Counted from the first letter of the whole stretch, positions 1-11,863 are shown. The stretch is 63,593 nucleotides of DNA, filler included, from Rhabdomonas costata (GCA_019059605.1; 53 parts of 53 records of this genome joined end to end with filler, not necessarily neighbours in it), one strand, 5' to 3'. The notes: generated by a model from the sequence alone, not told the origin. Translations and numbers: made by a program.

Positions 1-188
1 GGGGGGGGGGATAGAGTATAACCATATATAGTACTAAATACATAAATACATTTATATTATTTATACATATATGGTATAGTATAGTACTAAATATAGTATA
101 GTATATAATATAGCTTATAGTATTATTATATACACTATTATTGTGCTATTGTATTATTAGTGTTACCTTGCCTTTTTTTTTGCTTTAG

Positions 189-788
189 ATCCTGGAGGCG
201 CTGAAAGAGGAGAACCTCACGAAAACAAAACTGGTCTTCTTCGTGGTGCTGCGGAAGATCCGCACGAGGTACTTCATGGTGAACCCGCAGAACCCCAGCG
301 AGGTGTCGAACCCACCACCAGGTCTGATGGGCTGCTCGCTGCACCACACGCTGTTTCATGGGCGCGGATGCTGCACCTTGCAAAGTCGACATTCAGGCTG
401 GTCTGGCCTGCTTGGAGGCTTTATCTGATTCGGGGGGAGTGGAGAGTCGGTGGAGTGCACGATGGGTAATGAGCGAAGACAAATCAAGAATTACCCCGTT
501 TTTGAAAAAAAAACTGGTGCCTGATGCCGCTCACCGCTCGACTTGCTGCTTTCTTCGCCCCCACCCCACCCGCAACACCTGTCGTGAGCCTGTCTTCCTG
601 ACAGCTTCCCTATGAGTTTGGCAACAAGGCTACAGGACCTTGAACCTTGAAGCCCATGTGTTCCGTCTTCACCGAAGCACAGTTTGGGATGAAGCTTTTC
701 CACTGAGTTGGGGTGGGTGCACAGGAACGACCGTTGACACCCACATCATCTCCCCCGTGGTGCCTGAGTTCTTCCTTTGCTGTCAGAG
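189..788 (+). CDS. Piwi/Argonaute-family protein, PIWI-domain fragment (exons 189-321, 725-788)
   Basis: A GT-AG intron in matching phase gives ILEALKEENLTKTKLVFFVVLRKIRTRYF...NPPPGTTVDTHIISPVVPEFFLCCQR. This matches the PIWI consensus (F/I)VVxKRxxTRFF...NPPPGTVVD...DFFLxS. Confidence 0.88.
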
Positions 789-1102
789 GTGCTTTCACCG
801 TGACCATTACTGCACCGCTGTATACCAAATGGGCGAGATCGAGGGTAAAAAACATGACAGGCTTGTTGAATGTGTAGCTTTCAATAGAAGCTTTCAATAG
901 AAGCATTTTTGAAATTGATTGAATAAAATTGAACAGGTTGAATTTAGAAGCTTGTCGCCCGCCGCTTCTTTTTTGTTGCCTTGGACGTTTGCTTCTGAAC
1001 GACCAAAGGGGGGTGACCATTCTATAAGTCAAGTGGGCCCGTTGGACTTGGCAAGGCTGACTCTATCTCCTTCAGCGTTACCCAGGGGTCCTCCACCCCC
1101 CC

Positions 1103-1202
1103 NNNNNNNNNNNNNNNNNNNNNNNNNNNNNNNNNNNNNNNNNNNNTTAATTAATTAANNNNNNNNNNNNNNNNNNNNNNNNNNNNNNNNNNNNNNNNNN
1201 NN
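1103..1202. other. Artificial contig linker N44-TTAATTAATTAA-N44 (first of 52, recurring about every 1.2 kb; last at 62388-62487)
   Basis: An identical 100-nt cassette lies between all contigs. The 12-mer gives stops in all six frames, and the flanking sequences are unrelated. Confidence 0.99.
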
Positions 1203-1901
1203 ACCCTTTTGCGCCGCTTCTTGCCCCACGCAGCAGAGGGTTTACGACAGCGCCCACGACGTATTATACAAGGAACCGAAAGGGGCTCGGTATTGGCTCT
1301 TGGCCGTCTGGTGCCCTTAAGCCGAACTCGTGTTGGAATTAAGTTTGGGGAGTTGAGTTTCTAGACTGCTTGCCCCACTGCTTTGCCTGAGCAAACTGAC
1401 GTGCTTAATTAGATGGAAGCTCGCCGTCATTTCCAACGTTTTTCTGCTTCCTATGCTGCTGCCTGTGAGCACTGTGCCTACTGCTCTTAAACATGTGGGG
1501 AAAGGGATTGTTTGGCGAGAAACTTGAAAAGAAAACTGCTCCAGAGGAATGCCGGGTTTCCTGCCCGGGTTCATGCCTGGGTAGACCTTCAAGATTTAAA
1601 AAGAGCAGCAGACACGCGAGACGTGTGGGGAAAGTGAAGAGGTGTTTGGTTTTTCGCGTTTGAGTGGAAACAGACGGATTTTTTTCCGGGCTGGCACCCT
1701 CCAAATATCCCCATTTCCTATTGATCGAATAACAGAAAGGTTCGGTCCCCACAAGCAGTGAAAAAAAGAGTTCAGAAAGTGCGCAACCTAACCTTCAGAA
1801 ATGCAATTTGCTTGTTTTTGTAGAATCGCAAGTTGCTGCAATATTTATTGCAAAATATTCCCCGCTTTCCTCTGAAATTTCTCCCCGTTGGTGTTGCTCA
1901 G

Positions 1902-2117
1902 GCTGGCCCCGGCGCTTGCTCGAGACCTTGGGGCAGGGTTTCTACCCCACCTGCTGCCCATGCTAAAGAGCACCGCTGGGGTGCTGTTCATGGGGCCCAC
2001 TTTGGTGGAGCAGAACACCGACACCCTACGCACGGTGTTCACCGTGCACACCATGCTGCTGAAGTCCGTGCTGATCGCCCTGGCCGCCGAGCCGCGCACC
2101 CTAAAAGAGCTGTTCAG
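1902..2117 (+). CDS. UTP20: Internal exon, UTP20-like (SSU processome HEAT-repeat protein, N-terminal region)
   Basis: AG/GT-bounded exon LAPALARDLGAGFLPHLLPML...EQNTDTLRTVFT resembles the UTP20 segment LARDLxxDFYPHF...QDxELLEWAFT (from recall, no search run). Confidence 0.6.
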
Positions 2118-3205
2118 GTGTGAAGGAGTCCCCTTCCCTCTTTCGAATGCTCATCAGTTTCTCCTTCATCCGCGAAAGGTCTGGCCTCGCATCTTTTTGA
2201 AGTTTTGAGAGGCGTTCTTTATACACTTCAGCTTCGCGCTCTCGAGGAACCTTTTTTTGCATTGTTTGGTACCGCAAGTGGTGCCGAACAATGCAAAAAA
2301 AAACNNNNNNNNNNNNNNNNNNNNNNNNNNNNNNNNNNNNNNNNNNNNTTAATTAATTAANNNNNNNNNNNNNNNNNNNNNNNNNNNNNNNNNNNNNNNN
2401 NNNNGTCCTCTTCCTTAGCATGCTTTTTATTGCTCTTTGCTTCGCCTTGGGCGCGCTTTTATTTTTTGCACTTGATGTCTCTTGTTTTATAGTTTCATAT
2501 GATTCTGTGTTGATCAAGATTCCTGTGCAAATAGTACCAGATGGTCCGAGAAATGCCTTGACAATCAAACGGGCTTATCCCGAACGGCCTACATCAAGAT
2601 GGGCTTCATTTGCCTCTCTGAACCGAACTCTGTTGTTTTCTCTTTTTATGGAACGCATTCCAACTTCCTTTAACACAAGAATGGACGCATGGAGTTCAAG
2701 GGAATTGAAGAGATTGAAGAGAAATAAATAGCGAGCGTGACCGGAAAGCTCTTTTGGCCCTAATACCTGGGAAAAAGCATTCATCAAAGGGCATTCTTTT
2801 TTCATTCCGGAACATCTTTTCTTTCCAACTTGAATCTTATATTTTCTGCTTTTTGGCTTTTGCGTTGGTTGCCTTCGCTGCGAAATGTGTGTCCGCATGT
2901 CGTGCGTTGGTCTTTTTTTTGCTTTAATTTCCTCGGTAAACAACCTTTTCTATAAATAATACGTTGTATTTATGTGGTGCATTTTCTGTGTTTTTAAAAC
3001 AAAAAAACAAAATCTGCCAGTTTGATATCGGTTAAAAGTGTTCTTTCTAAACATTTTCAGAAGAATTCGATTGAAAGTAGACCACCTGGATTGCAATTGG
3101 TTTATAGGATTCTTTTTTATGTTACTCAGTTACAACCAATCCCAGAAAAATAAATTCTGTCAACCCACGACCACGAAGCCATTAATTTCGTTTATTTGTG
3201 TAGAA

Positions 3206-3506
3206 TTTTGGCGTGAAATGTTGGCGTAAAAATGTTGCCGTTAGACTGGTATTCCATGTTTTGCAGTTCGGTGGGTTTGGATTAGACCATTTGCTGTATG
3301 GTTGGAGCCTCCCTCATACTTTGGGTATATGGGGTATAAGAATCAGAAATTATACAATAAATTCTCTACAGCATTCCGGCTCTACAGCAGTTTGTATAAA
3401 TGTTGCGGTTGAAAATAGGGCATACTTGTTCGACTCCAGCTGCCGTTCGATGAACTGTTGATTGTAATTTGTGGTGGCATTTTTACGCCAACATTTCACA
3501 CCAAAA
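3206..3506. repeat. 29-bp inverted repeat pair (3206-3234 / 3478-3506), MITE-like or fold-back
   Basis: TTTTGGCGTGAAATGTTGGCGTAAAAATG recurs as its reverse complement at the contig end with 1 mismatch. Confidence 0.8.
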
Positions 3507-4473
3507 NNNNNNNNNNNNNNNNNNNNNNNNNNNNNNNNNNNNNNNNNNNNTTAATTAATTAANNNNNNNNNNNNNNNNNNNNNNNNNNNNNNNNNNNNNN
3601 NNNNNNGGGTTGGGGGTGCGGAGGAATGAAGGCCGTTAAAGCTTGAATCACTGGTGGTAGCCATATAAGACAATGGCGCGACGTTGGGGCAGAACGAGAA
3701 ATGCGCTTGACCGTGGCAAGCTGGCTTTATCAAACAGAACTAGAAAAATGGTCAACAGATACTGCCGAGGCACAGAAAGGTGTCGAAACGGCACCCAGTC
3801 GTTCCGCGGTCAGCATTGGCTGAAATCACCAAACAACAGCGGAACTCTTGATGCAGCTCTATTATAATTTGTTTTGGACAACTATTAGAGGGTCACAGCT
3901 ACTAGTAAGTAGGGTCATAGGTACTCGTAAGACGGAGAGAAGTTATTACAATTGCAGTTCATTGAAGTTTCAGTGCAACCTTGACCCAAGCGCTCCGCAA
4001 CACACACACACACACACGGCCCGCCGAACTGTTGAAACAGAACGATAAAAAATGAACACTGAATCTTGAGCACGGATTTTGCGATCTTGCAGCAATAGGT
4101 AAGGTGGACAACCGGAGCGCAAAATTGGCATTGCTTGCTCGCAACCATTCCACAAGTCATCTCTTTTCTTTTCCGGGTCAGTACTCGCTCGTCAACCCGC
4201 CTCTTCCATCTCATCCCAAACAGTACACTGTAAAATCGATGCAACTTTTCGTGTTCCAAAAAGATTCGTGCTGAGATATCAACGAGAAGTATAAAAAATG
4301 GTACAACAGTGCGAACAGTGAAGAGGTCGCTGCACAATCATCAAAACAAACAGCAAGATTCAGTAACATGGACAATACAACTGTCGATGTCGATCCCGAT
4401 CCCGATCCCGATCCGACACTCAGTGCTTAATAAAGCGGCCAGCCAGCCAGAAACTGCCACCACAAGCTGCCAT

Positions 4474-4708
4474 TCACGCTTCCACTACAACCTCGCCGAG
4501 TACCTGCCGCGCCTCGGAGTCCCCTTGCTCCGCGGCCAGCACAAGCCAAACCTCCCCTTGGGAGGGATTCAGCAGGGAGGCCGGGAGGTAGCCTCGGGGG
4601 AGCAGCCACTTCCCCAACGTTGCCCGGGCATTCATAGAGCCCGATCGGGCGGAACGCTTCATCCAGCGCACCGCGGTCACCAAATCCTGGGGCACTCCCA
4701 AAGGGAGG
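4474..4708 (-). CDS. Sel1-like repeat protein fragment
   Basis: GVPQDLVTAVRWMKRSARSGSMNARATLG...WLVLAAEQGDSEARQVLG contains two SLR motifs. Confidence 0.8.
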
Positions 4709-7000
4709 NNNNNNNNNNNNNNNNNNNNNNNNNNNNNNNNNNNNNNNNNNNNTTAATTAATTAANNNNNNNNNNNNNNNNNNNNNNNNNNNNNNNNNNNN
4801 NNNNNNNNGTGGGTGGTGTGGGCTTCGCGGGTGTACCGGGTGCGGGGCGTGGACACGATGGTGGTGTTGCAGGCCCTAGTGCAGCGGTACACCCTGAGGC
4901 AGGTCGGGTGGAGCGCGGCGCGGTTCTTCGACAGCTACTGCAGTGTCTCTTTGAAGGTTTTGCAGAAAAGAGGGCGAGCTTGTGGATGATTGTGGGGGGG
5001 GGGGTCTTAGGTGTGGTTCGAAACGTCAACTGGCAACTGAGGTTGGTGCCTGGTGGCGCTGATGATGATGACTCCTGGGAATCCGGTAATGTTCAGGTTG
5101 ACCGATTGGTAAATGCCCCATTTCATTAAAACTTCCCGTTTCGGTTAAAATAATTGCACGAGGTCAAGCTTTTTCCATTCCAAGGCACACAGGTCCCCTA
5201 GGGGGAAGGTTGGAATCGGCATCACGATTTAATAAATGCCCCGCACGGTTCGTTCAACGACCTCCGTCCGTCCGTAAACAGGGCATACTTAACCCTGATG
5301 GGCCACCCAGAGGCACGTGCATCGCCCTCTAATCCCCTGCGAGACCAGGAACCTCACCTCTGGGGGCACTTGAAGTGGTTATCCCGAAGCAATCAATGTT
5401 CGCAACTCCTGTCGCCTTCTCTTTCGCCGTTGGGGTGCTGGCTCTGTGTTCTCCGGGTTCGTGTGTTCGGCCCCGTGAGGTGTTTGGGAGAGAGCGGTGC
5501 CGGGTGGAACGTTGGGGCGTGCTGTCGTTGCCGGAGCGTATGCATTGTTCGGAGTGTGCCCGCCCCCTCCCTGCCTGAGTGCGTTGGTGATGTAGGTGTG
5601 GGGCTTTGGATCGCCTCAGTTCAGTTCCCCTTTTGTTCCTCGGACCAGGAGCGCAAGTACCAGCCGTTGTCCTCCCCGTTGCGTGTGTTTTTGGGTGAAT
5701 TGCATGCCTGCCGGTGGTGGCTTGGTGTCCTCACCAGCAACGCTCTGGGTTGAGGTGTGGTGGCCGCCCGGGTGGTGCACAGGGGTGAGTTGTGCGTGTG
5801 CCGCCGCAGGATGGGCGGTTCTTTGCACTTCTTCCCTGCATTCTGTGGTGGGAGTGGAGTGGGCGCGCCAAAAGCACCACACCCCGACAAGGGTTTCTCG
5901 CCCCGGTGTTGNNNNNNNNNNNNNNNNNNNNNNNNNNNNNNNNNNNNNNNNNNNNTTAATTAATTAANNNNNNNNNNNNNNNNNNNNNNNNNNNNNNNNN
6001 NNNNNNNNNNNTGGTGTGATACATCTCAAAAACTATAAAAGCTCCGTAGCTATGCAGTCAGTCACAACCAGCAAACACTATGATAACAAACACTTCAAAC
6101 GCATGCCAGCACACAAAGCTATCAAATTATGGATAAATAAACTCTAGATAAATAGAAACAAGAACACTGGTATGTGAAAGTGACTCTGTAGCAAACAGCT
6201 GGCTAAATACTACAACTATTTTGAAATCACAACCATCTATAGAACCTCTGAATATTGAAAACAATGTGTAGGTTCCACTAACTCCTTATCTTCCACTACA
6301 CTCAACCAAACACCTGAGTCCTAATGGTCAGTTAATTTGTAATATGTAAATTTGTACCCAAAAAGAAACGTTTGAATAAAATTAAAAATTAATGTAATAT
6401 CTAAACTATATTCTCACATTCTACCCACTTAAACACCTTTTAAAACTACTACAATGCAACTCTTTGTAAAAACCACTGATTACACTCAACCCACATCTAC
6501 CAAGTAATCATCTGTTTCTGCTCCAGAGACATCTTTAACTTCTGGAATATATGCATCCGTGAACGTTTTTCTACCGCTTCCAGGACACTTAGCAGACCTA
6601 TAGAGTTAGTGGATGTTTGGTTTTCTTTCTCTTTATTGCGTTTTTGTTCTGATGCCCAGAGATTTCATCCTTCAGCTGATTTGTTTTCGATCTTTAGATT
6701 CTGAATTGTAGTTGCACTGGCTCGTTTTTCTGCCTGATCTGTCTGCTGTAGTCTTCCAGAGGTCGTACTCATTTGGTCTAGAAGCTTTCTAAAATCTCTG
6801 CAATCACATTACCTTCATTTGCATAAGGACTCCACACCTTTTCTAACCATCAAAAGGCTTAAACGTTGTCATCATGGTCTCATAAATCCGGTCTACACAT
6901 TCTAGCATCCACGCGGCTCTGATCTTGACATCTATGGAAATTTAGACTGACCTTATAAGATTGCATCTGGTCTACACTCATACCTGTAATTAGGGCTGGA

Positions 7001-7107
7001 TTAGGGTTAGGGTTAGGGTTATAGTTCCTCATCACTACCTCCTTAATCATATGGAATGCCCCCCATTGGATTAAGGAGGTAGTGATGAGGAACTATAACC
7101 CTAACCC
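7001..7107. repeat. (TTAGGG)3 plus a perfect 39-bp hairpin (7010-7048 / 7069-7107, 20-nt loop) at the contig end
   Basis: Read directly from the sequence. Confidence 0.9.
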
Positions 7108-7513
7108 AAACTANNNNNNNNNNNNNNNNNNNNNNNNNNNNNNNNNNNNNNNNNNNNTTAATTAATTAANNNNNNNNNNNNNNNNNNNNNNNNNNNNNNN
7201 NNNNNNNNNNNNNGTGGGGGGTGTTTGAAACGGAAACGTCGCAGCATCAGCTTTTGAAGCTTTTGAGTACTGCGTGACGTTTTTGCCGCGGCTTTTGGAT
7301 TAGGATTTTGTGATGACTTTTATGATGATATCCCGGCAAGCGCGTGGTTTCGGTTGACCCGCACAGGCACATGAACCAGAACCAGCACTTCCTGAGGAAG
7401 GTCTTTTTCTGGGTTTACTTGTGGACAAGTGTGCTCGTGACCTCTGGCCGCATGCACACTTGTGCTGACCATGTGCCTCCTTTTGCTCCTTTTTCTGTGC
7501 TTTTGCGGCGCAG

Positions 7514-8147
7514 ATCACCTTCTCGGACCTCAATGAGACCCTGGTGGTGCATCCTTTCACAGCTTCCCTGAACTTCGCGGGGGAACCGGTGACCCACCCT
7601 GCCCCCTTTACCAGCAAACACATCGGCTGCCCTGTTTAATTTTGTTTATATATTCTCACCGTGACCGACCGGTTTTGAGCTGTGCTCCGACCCCTCCCCC
7701 TGGTCTACGGTTCCGGACGGGGGCGGGGGTGGCGGTCTCCAGGGAACACACACGGTGAGCCACGTAACAGGTGAAAGATCCGGTGCACACAGTTGTGCAA
7801 TGGTCTCTGTTCCTAATCCTTTATCCCTTTTGCATACAAAAGCGCAGAGCTCTGGCAGCCCTTTTTTGTGCCAGTGCACACGCAGACGGCTTCTCTCCCC
7901 ACGGTCCGCCGTTCTCCTTCCCCCATTTCTCGCTCCCTTGGTTTTCATCACACGGTGGTGCCTTCGTTGGTGCCATACCCTCTTTGGGTTGTATTCCCCT
8001 GCAGGTAATATCCGCGGCGAGCTTCTCGGGAAGCACCCTGGAGGAGAGCCTGGCTCTCGGGGGCACCACTCTCAGCGTCGTGGGGGAGTTCCTGGGAGAC
8101 AGCGGGGCCGTGGTGCAGGTCACTGTTGCCCCCCACCCCGGTGGAAA
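7514..8147 (+). CDS. IPT/TIG-domain-like surface protein fragment (exons 7514-7588, 8005-8147)
   Basis: The spliced product ...SLNFAGEP|VISAASFSGSTLEESLALGGTTLSVVGEFLGDSGAVVQVTV fits the IPT pattern PxIxx...GGTxLTIxGxxLG. Confidence 0.5.
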
Positions 8148-8415
8148 GTATGTGCTTACCTCCTTTTTTGACACTGCGAATGGAGAAATCGCGGAAGAGT
8201 GGAGGTCGGTTATAAAAAGCATAACCAGGATGAAACTTCCGCAGCTGTGTACCATAAGCCGGAAGGCTGAAGGCTGAAGGTTTTCCCCCACACACCCCAA
8301 CCACACCCACCACANNNNNNNNNNNNNNNNNNNNNNNNNNNNNNNNNNNNNNNNNNNNTTAATTAATTAANNNNNNNNNNNNNNNNNNNNNNNNNNNNNN
8401 NNNNNNNNNNNNNNT

Positions 8416-8841
8416 ACTAAGCTAGCAGAAACCAATAAAGTACCGTTAATTACCATTTGTGCCGCTATGGAAGCAGAAATTACGGTACTAGAAGATAATG
8501 AGCAACAAGAATTTTTAGAAACTTGTGGGTTTAATGAAAGTGGTTTAGCGAGATTAATTAGAGCAGGATACCAACTATTAAATTTAGAAACTTTTTTTAC
8601 TGCTGGTAAAAAAGAGGTGCGAGCTTGGACCGTAGAAGCTAAATCCACGGCACCAGTTGCTGCCGGTAAAATTCATAGTGATTTTGAAAAAGGATTTATT
8701 CGGGCAGAAGTAGTAAGTTATAAAGATTTTGTAGAGCATAACGGGTTACAAGGTGCTAAAAATGCTGGACTATGGCGGTTAGAAGGTAAAGAATATGTGG
8801 TACAAGATGGCGATATAATGTTATTTAGGTTTAATGTGTAG
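8416..8841 (+). CDS. ychF: Redox-regulated ribosome-binding ATPase YchF, C-terminal part (bacterial, 5'-truncated)
   Basis: [30 protein letters not shown]...[19 protein letters not shown]...[21 protein letters not shown] is the canonical YchF C-terminus. The region is intronless and AT-rich. Confidence 0.97.
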   Translation, partial: TKLAETNKVPLITICAAMEAEITVLEDNEQQEFLETCGFNESGLARLIRAGYQLLNLETFFTAGKKEVRAWTVEAKSTAPVAAGKIHSDFEKGFIRAEVVSYKDFVEHNGLQGAKNAGLWRLEGKEYVVQDGDIMLFRFNV

Positions 8842-8905
8842 CTATCTACACTCATCCTGAGAATAGCATAGTCGTTAAGGAATCGACCTTAAATAAGGAT
8901 TAATT

Positions 8906-9516
8906 ATGGCAGAAAATAGAGTAATAACAAAAAATATTGTCATTATTGGCGCGGGTATTGCCGGTTTGTGGTTAGCCAATTTATTAAAAAATAACAATAT
9001 AAATTTTGTACTGTTAGAAACTAATGATGTTGGTGCTAATCAAACTATTAATTCTCAAGGTATGTTGCACAGTGGCATTAAATATGCTTTACAAGGGAAA
9101 GTAACTGGAGATATGCAGGCAATTTCAGATTCTGCAGCGCTACAATTATGGGAACAAGCATTTAGTTTACATAAACCAATTAAATTAACAGATGAGTGCA
9201 AATTAATAGATTATCAATACTTATGGTCAAATAATAAATTATCGTCAAAAGTAGCTAATTTTTTTGTTAGTAATTTATTAAAGAGTAAAGTAGAAAAAAT
9301 AGATCCTGCTAATTTGCCAGCACCATTTATTAATAAAGATTTCACTGGTTCTGTTTATAAATTACATGAAACCGTGTTAAATTTACCAGTTTTATTACAA
9401 AGGTTATTGTTACCAATATATAGCAATTGTTTAAAGATAAACAACATTAATTTAGAAGCAGATGCATCTAATAATACCATAAATAAATTTTTTATTGATA
9501 TTAATGGAGAACAGTT
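8906..9516 (+). CDS. FAD-dependent oxidoreductase (DAO-like family), bacterial, 3'-truncated
   Basis: Rossmann motif IVIIGAGIAGLW and QTINSQGMLHSGIKYALQG. An AAGGA RBS-like site lies upstream of the ATG, which is 64 nt after ychF. Confidence 0.85.
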
Positions 9517-9616
9517 NNNNNNNNNNNNNNNNNNNNNNNNNNNNNNNNNNNNNNNNNNNNTTAATTAATTAANNNNNNNNNNNNNNNNNNNNNNNNNNNN
9601 NNNNNNNNNNNNNNNN

Positions 9617-10035
9617 GTGGGGTTGTCAGTATCCAGGTGGATAATGATGGCTGTCGAATGGATGGATAGTAGGCACTATCTAAGTGGACAATGCAGGCTG
9701 TCGAATGGATGGATAGTAGGCACTATCCAGGTGGACAATGATGGCTGTCGAGTGGATGGATAGTAGGCACTATCCAGGTGGATAATGATGGCTGTCGAAT
9801 GGATGGATTGTTGTCAGTATGCAGGTGGACAATGCAGGCTGTCGAGTGGATGGAAAGTGGGCACTATCTAAGTGGACAATGATGGCTGTCGGATGGAATG
9901 ATTGTTGTCAGTATGCAGGAGGACAATGAAGGCTGTCGAATGGATGGATTGTTGTCAGTATGCAGGTGGACAATGATGGCTGTCGAATGGATGGATAGTA
10001 GGCACTATCCAGGTGCCAGGGGGACAATGATGGCT
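9617..10035. repeat. 47-bp tandem minisatellite, about 8-9 copies
   Basis: The unit GGCACTATCCAGGTGGACAATGATGGCTGTCGAATGGATGGATAGTA repeats head-to-tail with variants and no unique spacers. Confidence 0.93.
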
Positions 10036-10819
10036 TTCTTTTTATAGTGGTTGTTTTCTCTCGAGTTTTCCACTCAAACGCGCGTGCAAGCGAAAATAAG
10101 AGAGCAAAAATGGACGTCGTCAGTCACAAGAAACCTGCACATGACAACAGCAGCAAAGTGTTTCATGAACAGCTGGTTTCTGTCCCCTGTCCACACACAA
10201 GAACTGTACAAAACAGGGTCACCCCCTTTTCCCCGCCCACATCGTATCCTGCTCACATGCACCGCCTCAAGGCGGGGGCTCTAGACACTCACTGTCCCGC
10301 CTTCGCCGCCGCCCCATGGCTGGGCTGTAGCACCGCTCGCATCTCCTTCGGCAAGCAGCCCATTGGCGCGCCCTGCCTAAGGAGCTCGCACCCGAAGGCG
10401 CGGTACCAGCGGTGCTTGGGGTAGCCTCGCTCACCGCCTGGCGGATGGAGGCCGGAAGACCTCCAACGCCAGGGTCCGTGTACCGCACCAGCTTGGAGGC
10501 CAGGTTCTCACGTCGCCACTCTCACCCTGGCGATCGGCGTCTGTCCGATACGCCAAGGTGGCCTTCACCGCGGCTTCGCTCCTCCAGTCCAGCCGTAGCT
10601 CCAGGCACCGCGCGACTCTACCTGCCCGCTCAAATCCCACGGGCATCAGCAGCAGTTCACTCAACTCCACCGCAGTTCTATCCTGGTCAGCAGCAGTTCT
10701 CTCTACAGGCACCACAAACNNNNNNNNNNNNNNNNNNNNNNNNNNNNNNNNNNNNNNNNNNNNTTAATTAATTAANNNNNNNNNNNNNNNNNNNNNNNNN
10801 NNNNNNNNNNNNNNNNNNN

Positions 10820-11863
10820 TGTGGGGGGGGCATGGCACCGTGTCGTTGGGGCAGGCGTCGCTGACCCCGGTGCAGTACTCGGGCACGTCGCAGTCACCCA
10901 CGGCGGCGCGGCACAGGGTGTCCACAGAACTCTTCTGGTCCGCGGGGCAGCTCGGTAACAACCCGTCGCAAACCTCTTCCTGGTCGCATTCCTGCAGGAG
11001 CCGACCCGGGAATGGGGCGGGGAGGGAGGGGCGCACATGCCAGACCAAGGGCTTCGGATTGTCCATCACTCCCCTCTTTTCTCCTTGGAGGGGCTTTCCC
11101 GTCCTCTCTGCCAGGTACTTGTCGTAGTTGGGCTTCATCTCAAGCCTTGCCAGACACAACAGATACTCACACAAAAAAAATACACACCCAAGCGCTAGGC
11201 CGGCAGATTGTGCCCTGGGAGAGCAGGCACTTTTCGTTGCAGCAACCCGACGCTCCGGTGGGGGGGTCGCATTGCTCGCCCTCATCCACAATGTTGTTCC
11301 CGCAGTACCCTGCGGACACACCCCGCGGCGGTGGGAAAGGGGGGGTGGGAGGAACGGAAGGAAAGGAAAGAGCTCTCGGCCTAATAGCCAGAAGCAAGCA
11401 TTCTGTCATGTTGTGTCATGTTGTCAAAAATCTATCGTATTCATCATAGCTGATTTATATTCGAAGCCAATAGAAGCGAGAAGGAAAGAACACAGCACCA
11501 ACCCCGAAATGTTGGACAAGAAGAGATAAGAAGCTTTTATTCTGCACACACTTAGTTATAGTCCTTTCCGCGGGGAAAAGACCACGGAAGGACACACACA
11601 CACACACACACACACAAACCCATAGAGTCAAGCTGCCACACGCAGTAAAACAAGCCACGCCGAAAGCGGTTCGGGGCAGACCTACTCCCAGGCAGACGGC
11701 GCCTTCGCGGCATGTGTCGTTGGTGGTGGCCCAGTTAGAGTCGTTGCAGGTCGTCCCCACGGGCTTGAACTTCGCCGCCGGGCAGAACTGGCTGCGGCCC
11801 GTGCAGGTGACGGGCAGGTCGCACTGCCCGCTGGGCAGGTGGCATACCGTCGTGGACCGCTCC
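10820..11863 (-). CDS. Cys-rich protein with tandem disintegrin-like modules (exons 11863-11686, 11309-11188, 10991-10820)
   Basis: In-phase splicing gives CHLPSGQCDLPVTCTGRSQFCP...CLG|RYCGNNIVDEGEQCD...CCNEKC...CRPSAW|ECDQEEVCDG...CRAAVGDCDVPEYCTGVSDACP, which are ADAM-type disintegrin motifs. Confidence 0.85.

Noticed and set aside
1..160. Poly-G plus AT-rich TATAG-like tract as a regulatory element
   Set aside because: Low-complexity intron sequence with a probable primer- or sequencing-derived G run.
1147..1158. Regularly spaced TTAATTAATTAA palindromes as a CRISPR-like or biological repeat
   Set aside because: Always centred in N runs. It is a synthetic six-frame-stop linker, and the ORFs ending in X...LIN are by-products of it.
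5130..5400. Possible structured ncRNA (ATACTTAACCCTG resembles the U1 5' end; CCCCTAGGGG palindrome)
   Set aside because: No U1 loop or Sm-site match and no recognisable rRNA or snRNA motif. An Infernal/Rfam scan would be needed.
9617..10035. CRISPR array
   Set aside because: Units are contiguous with no unique spacers, there are no cas genes, and the context is eukaryotic.
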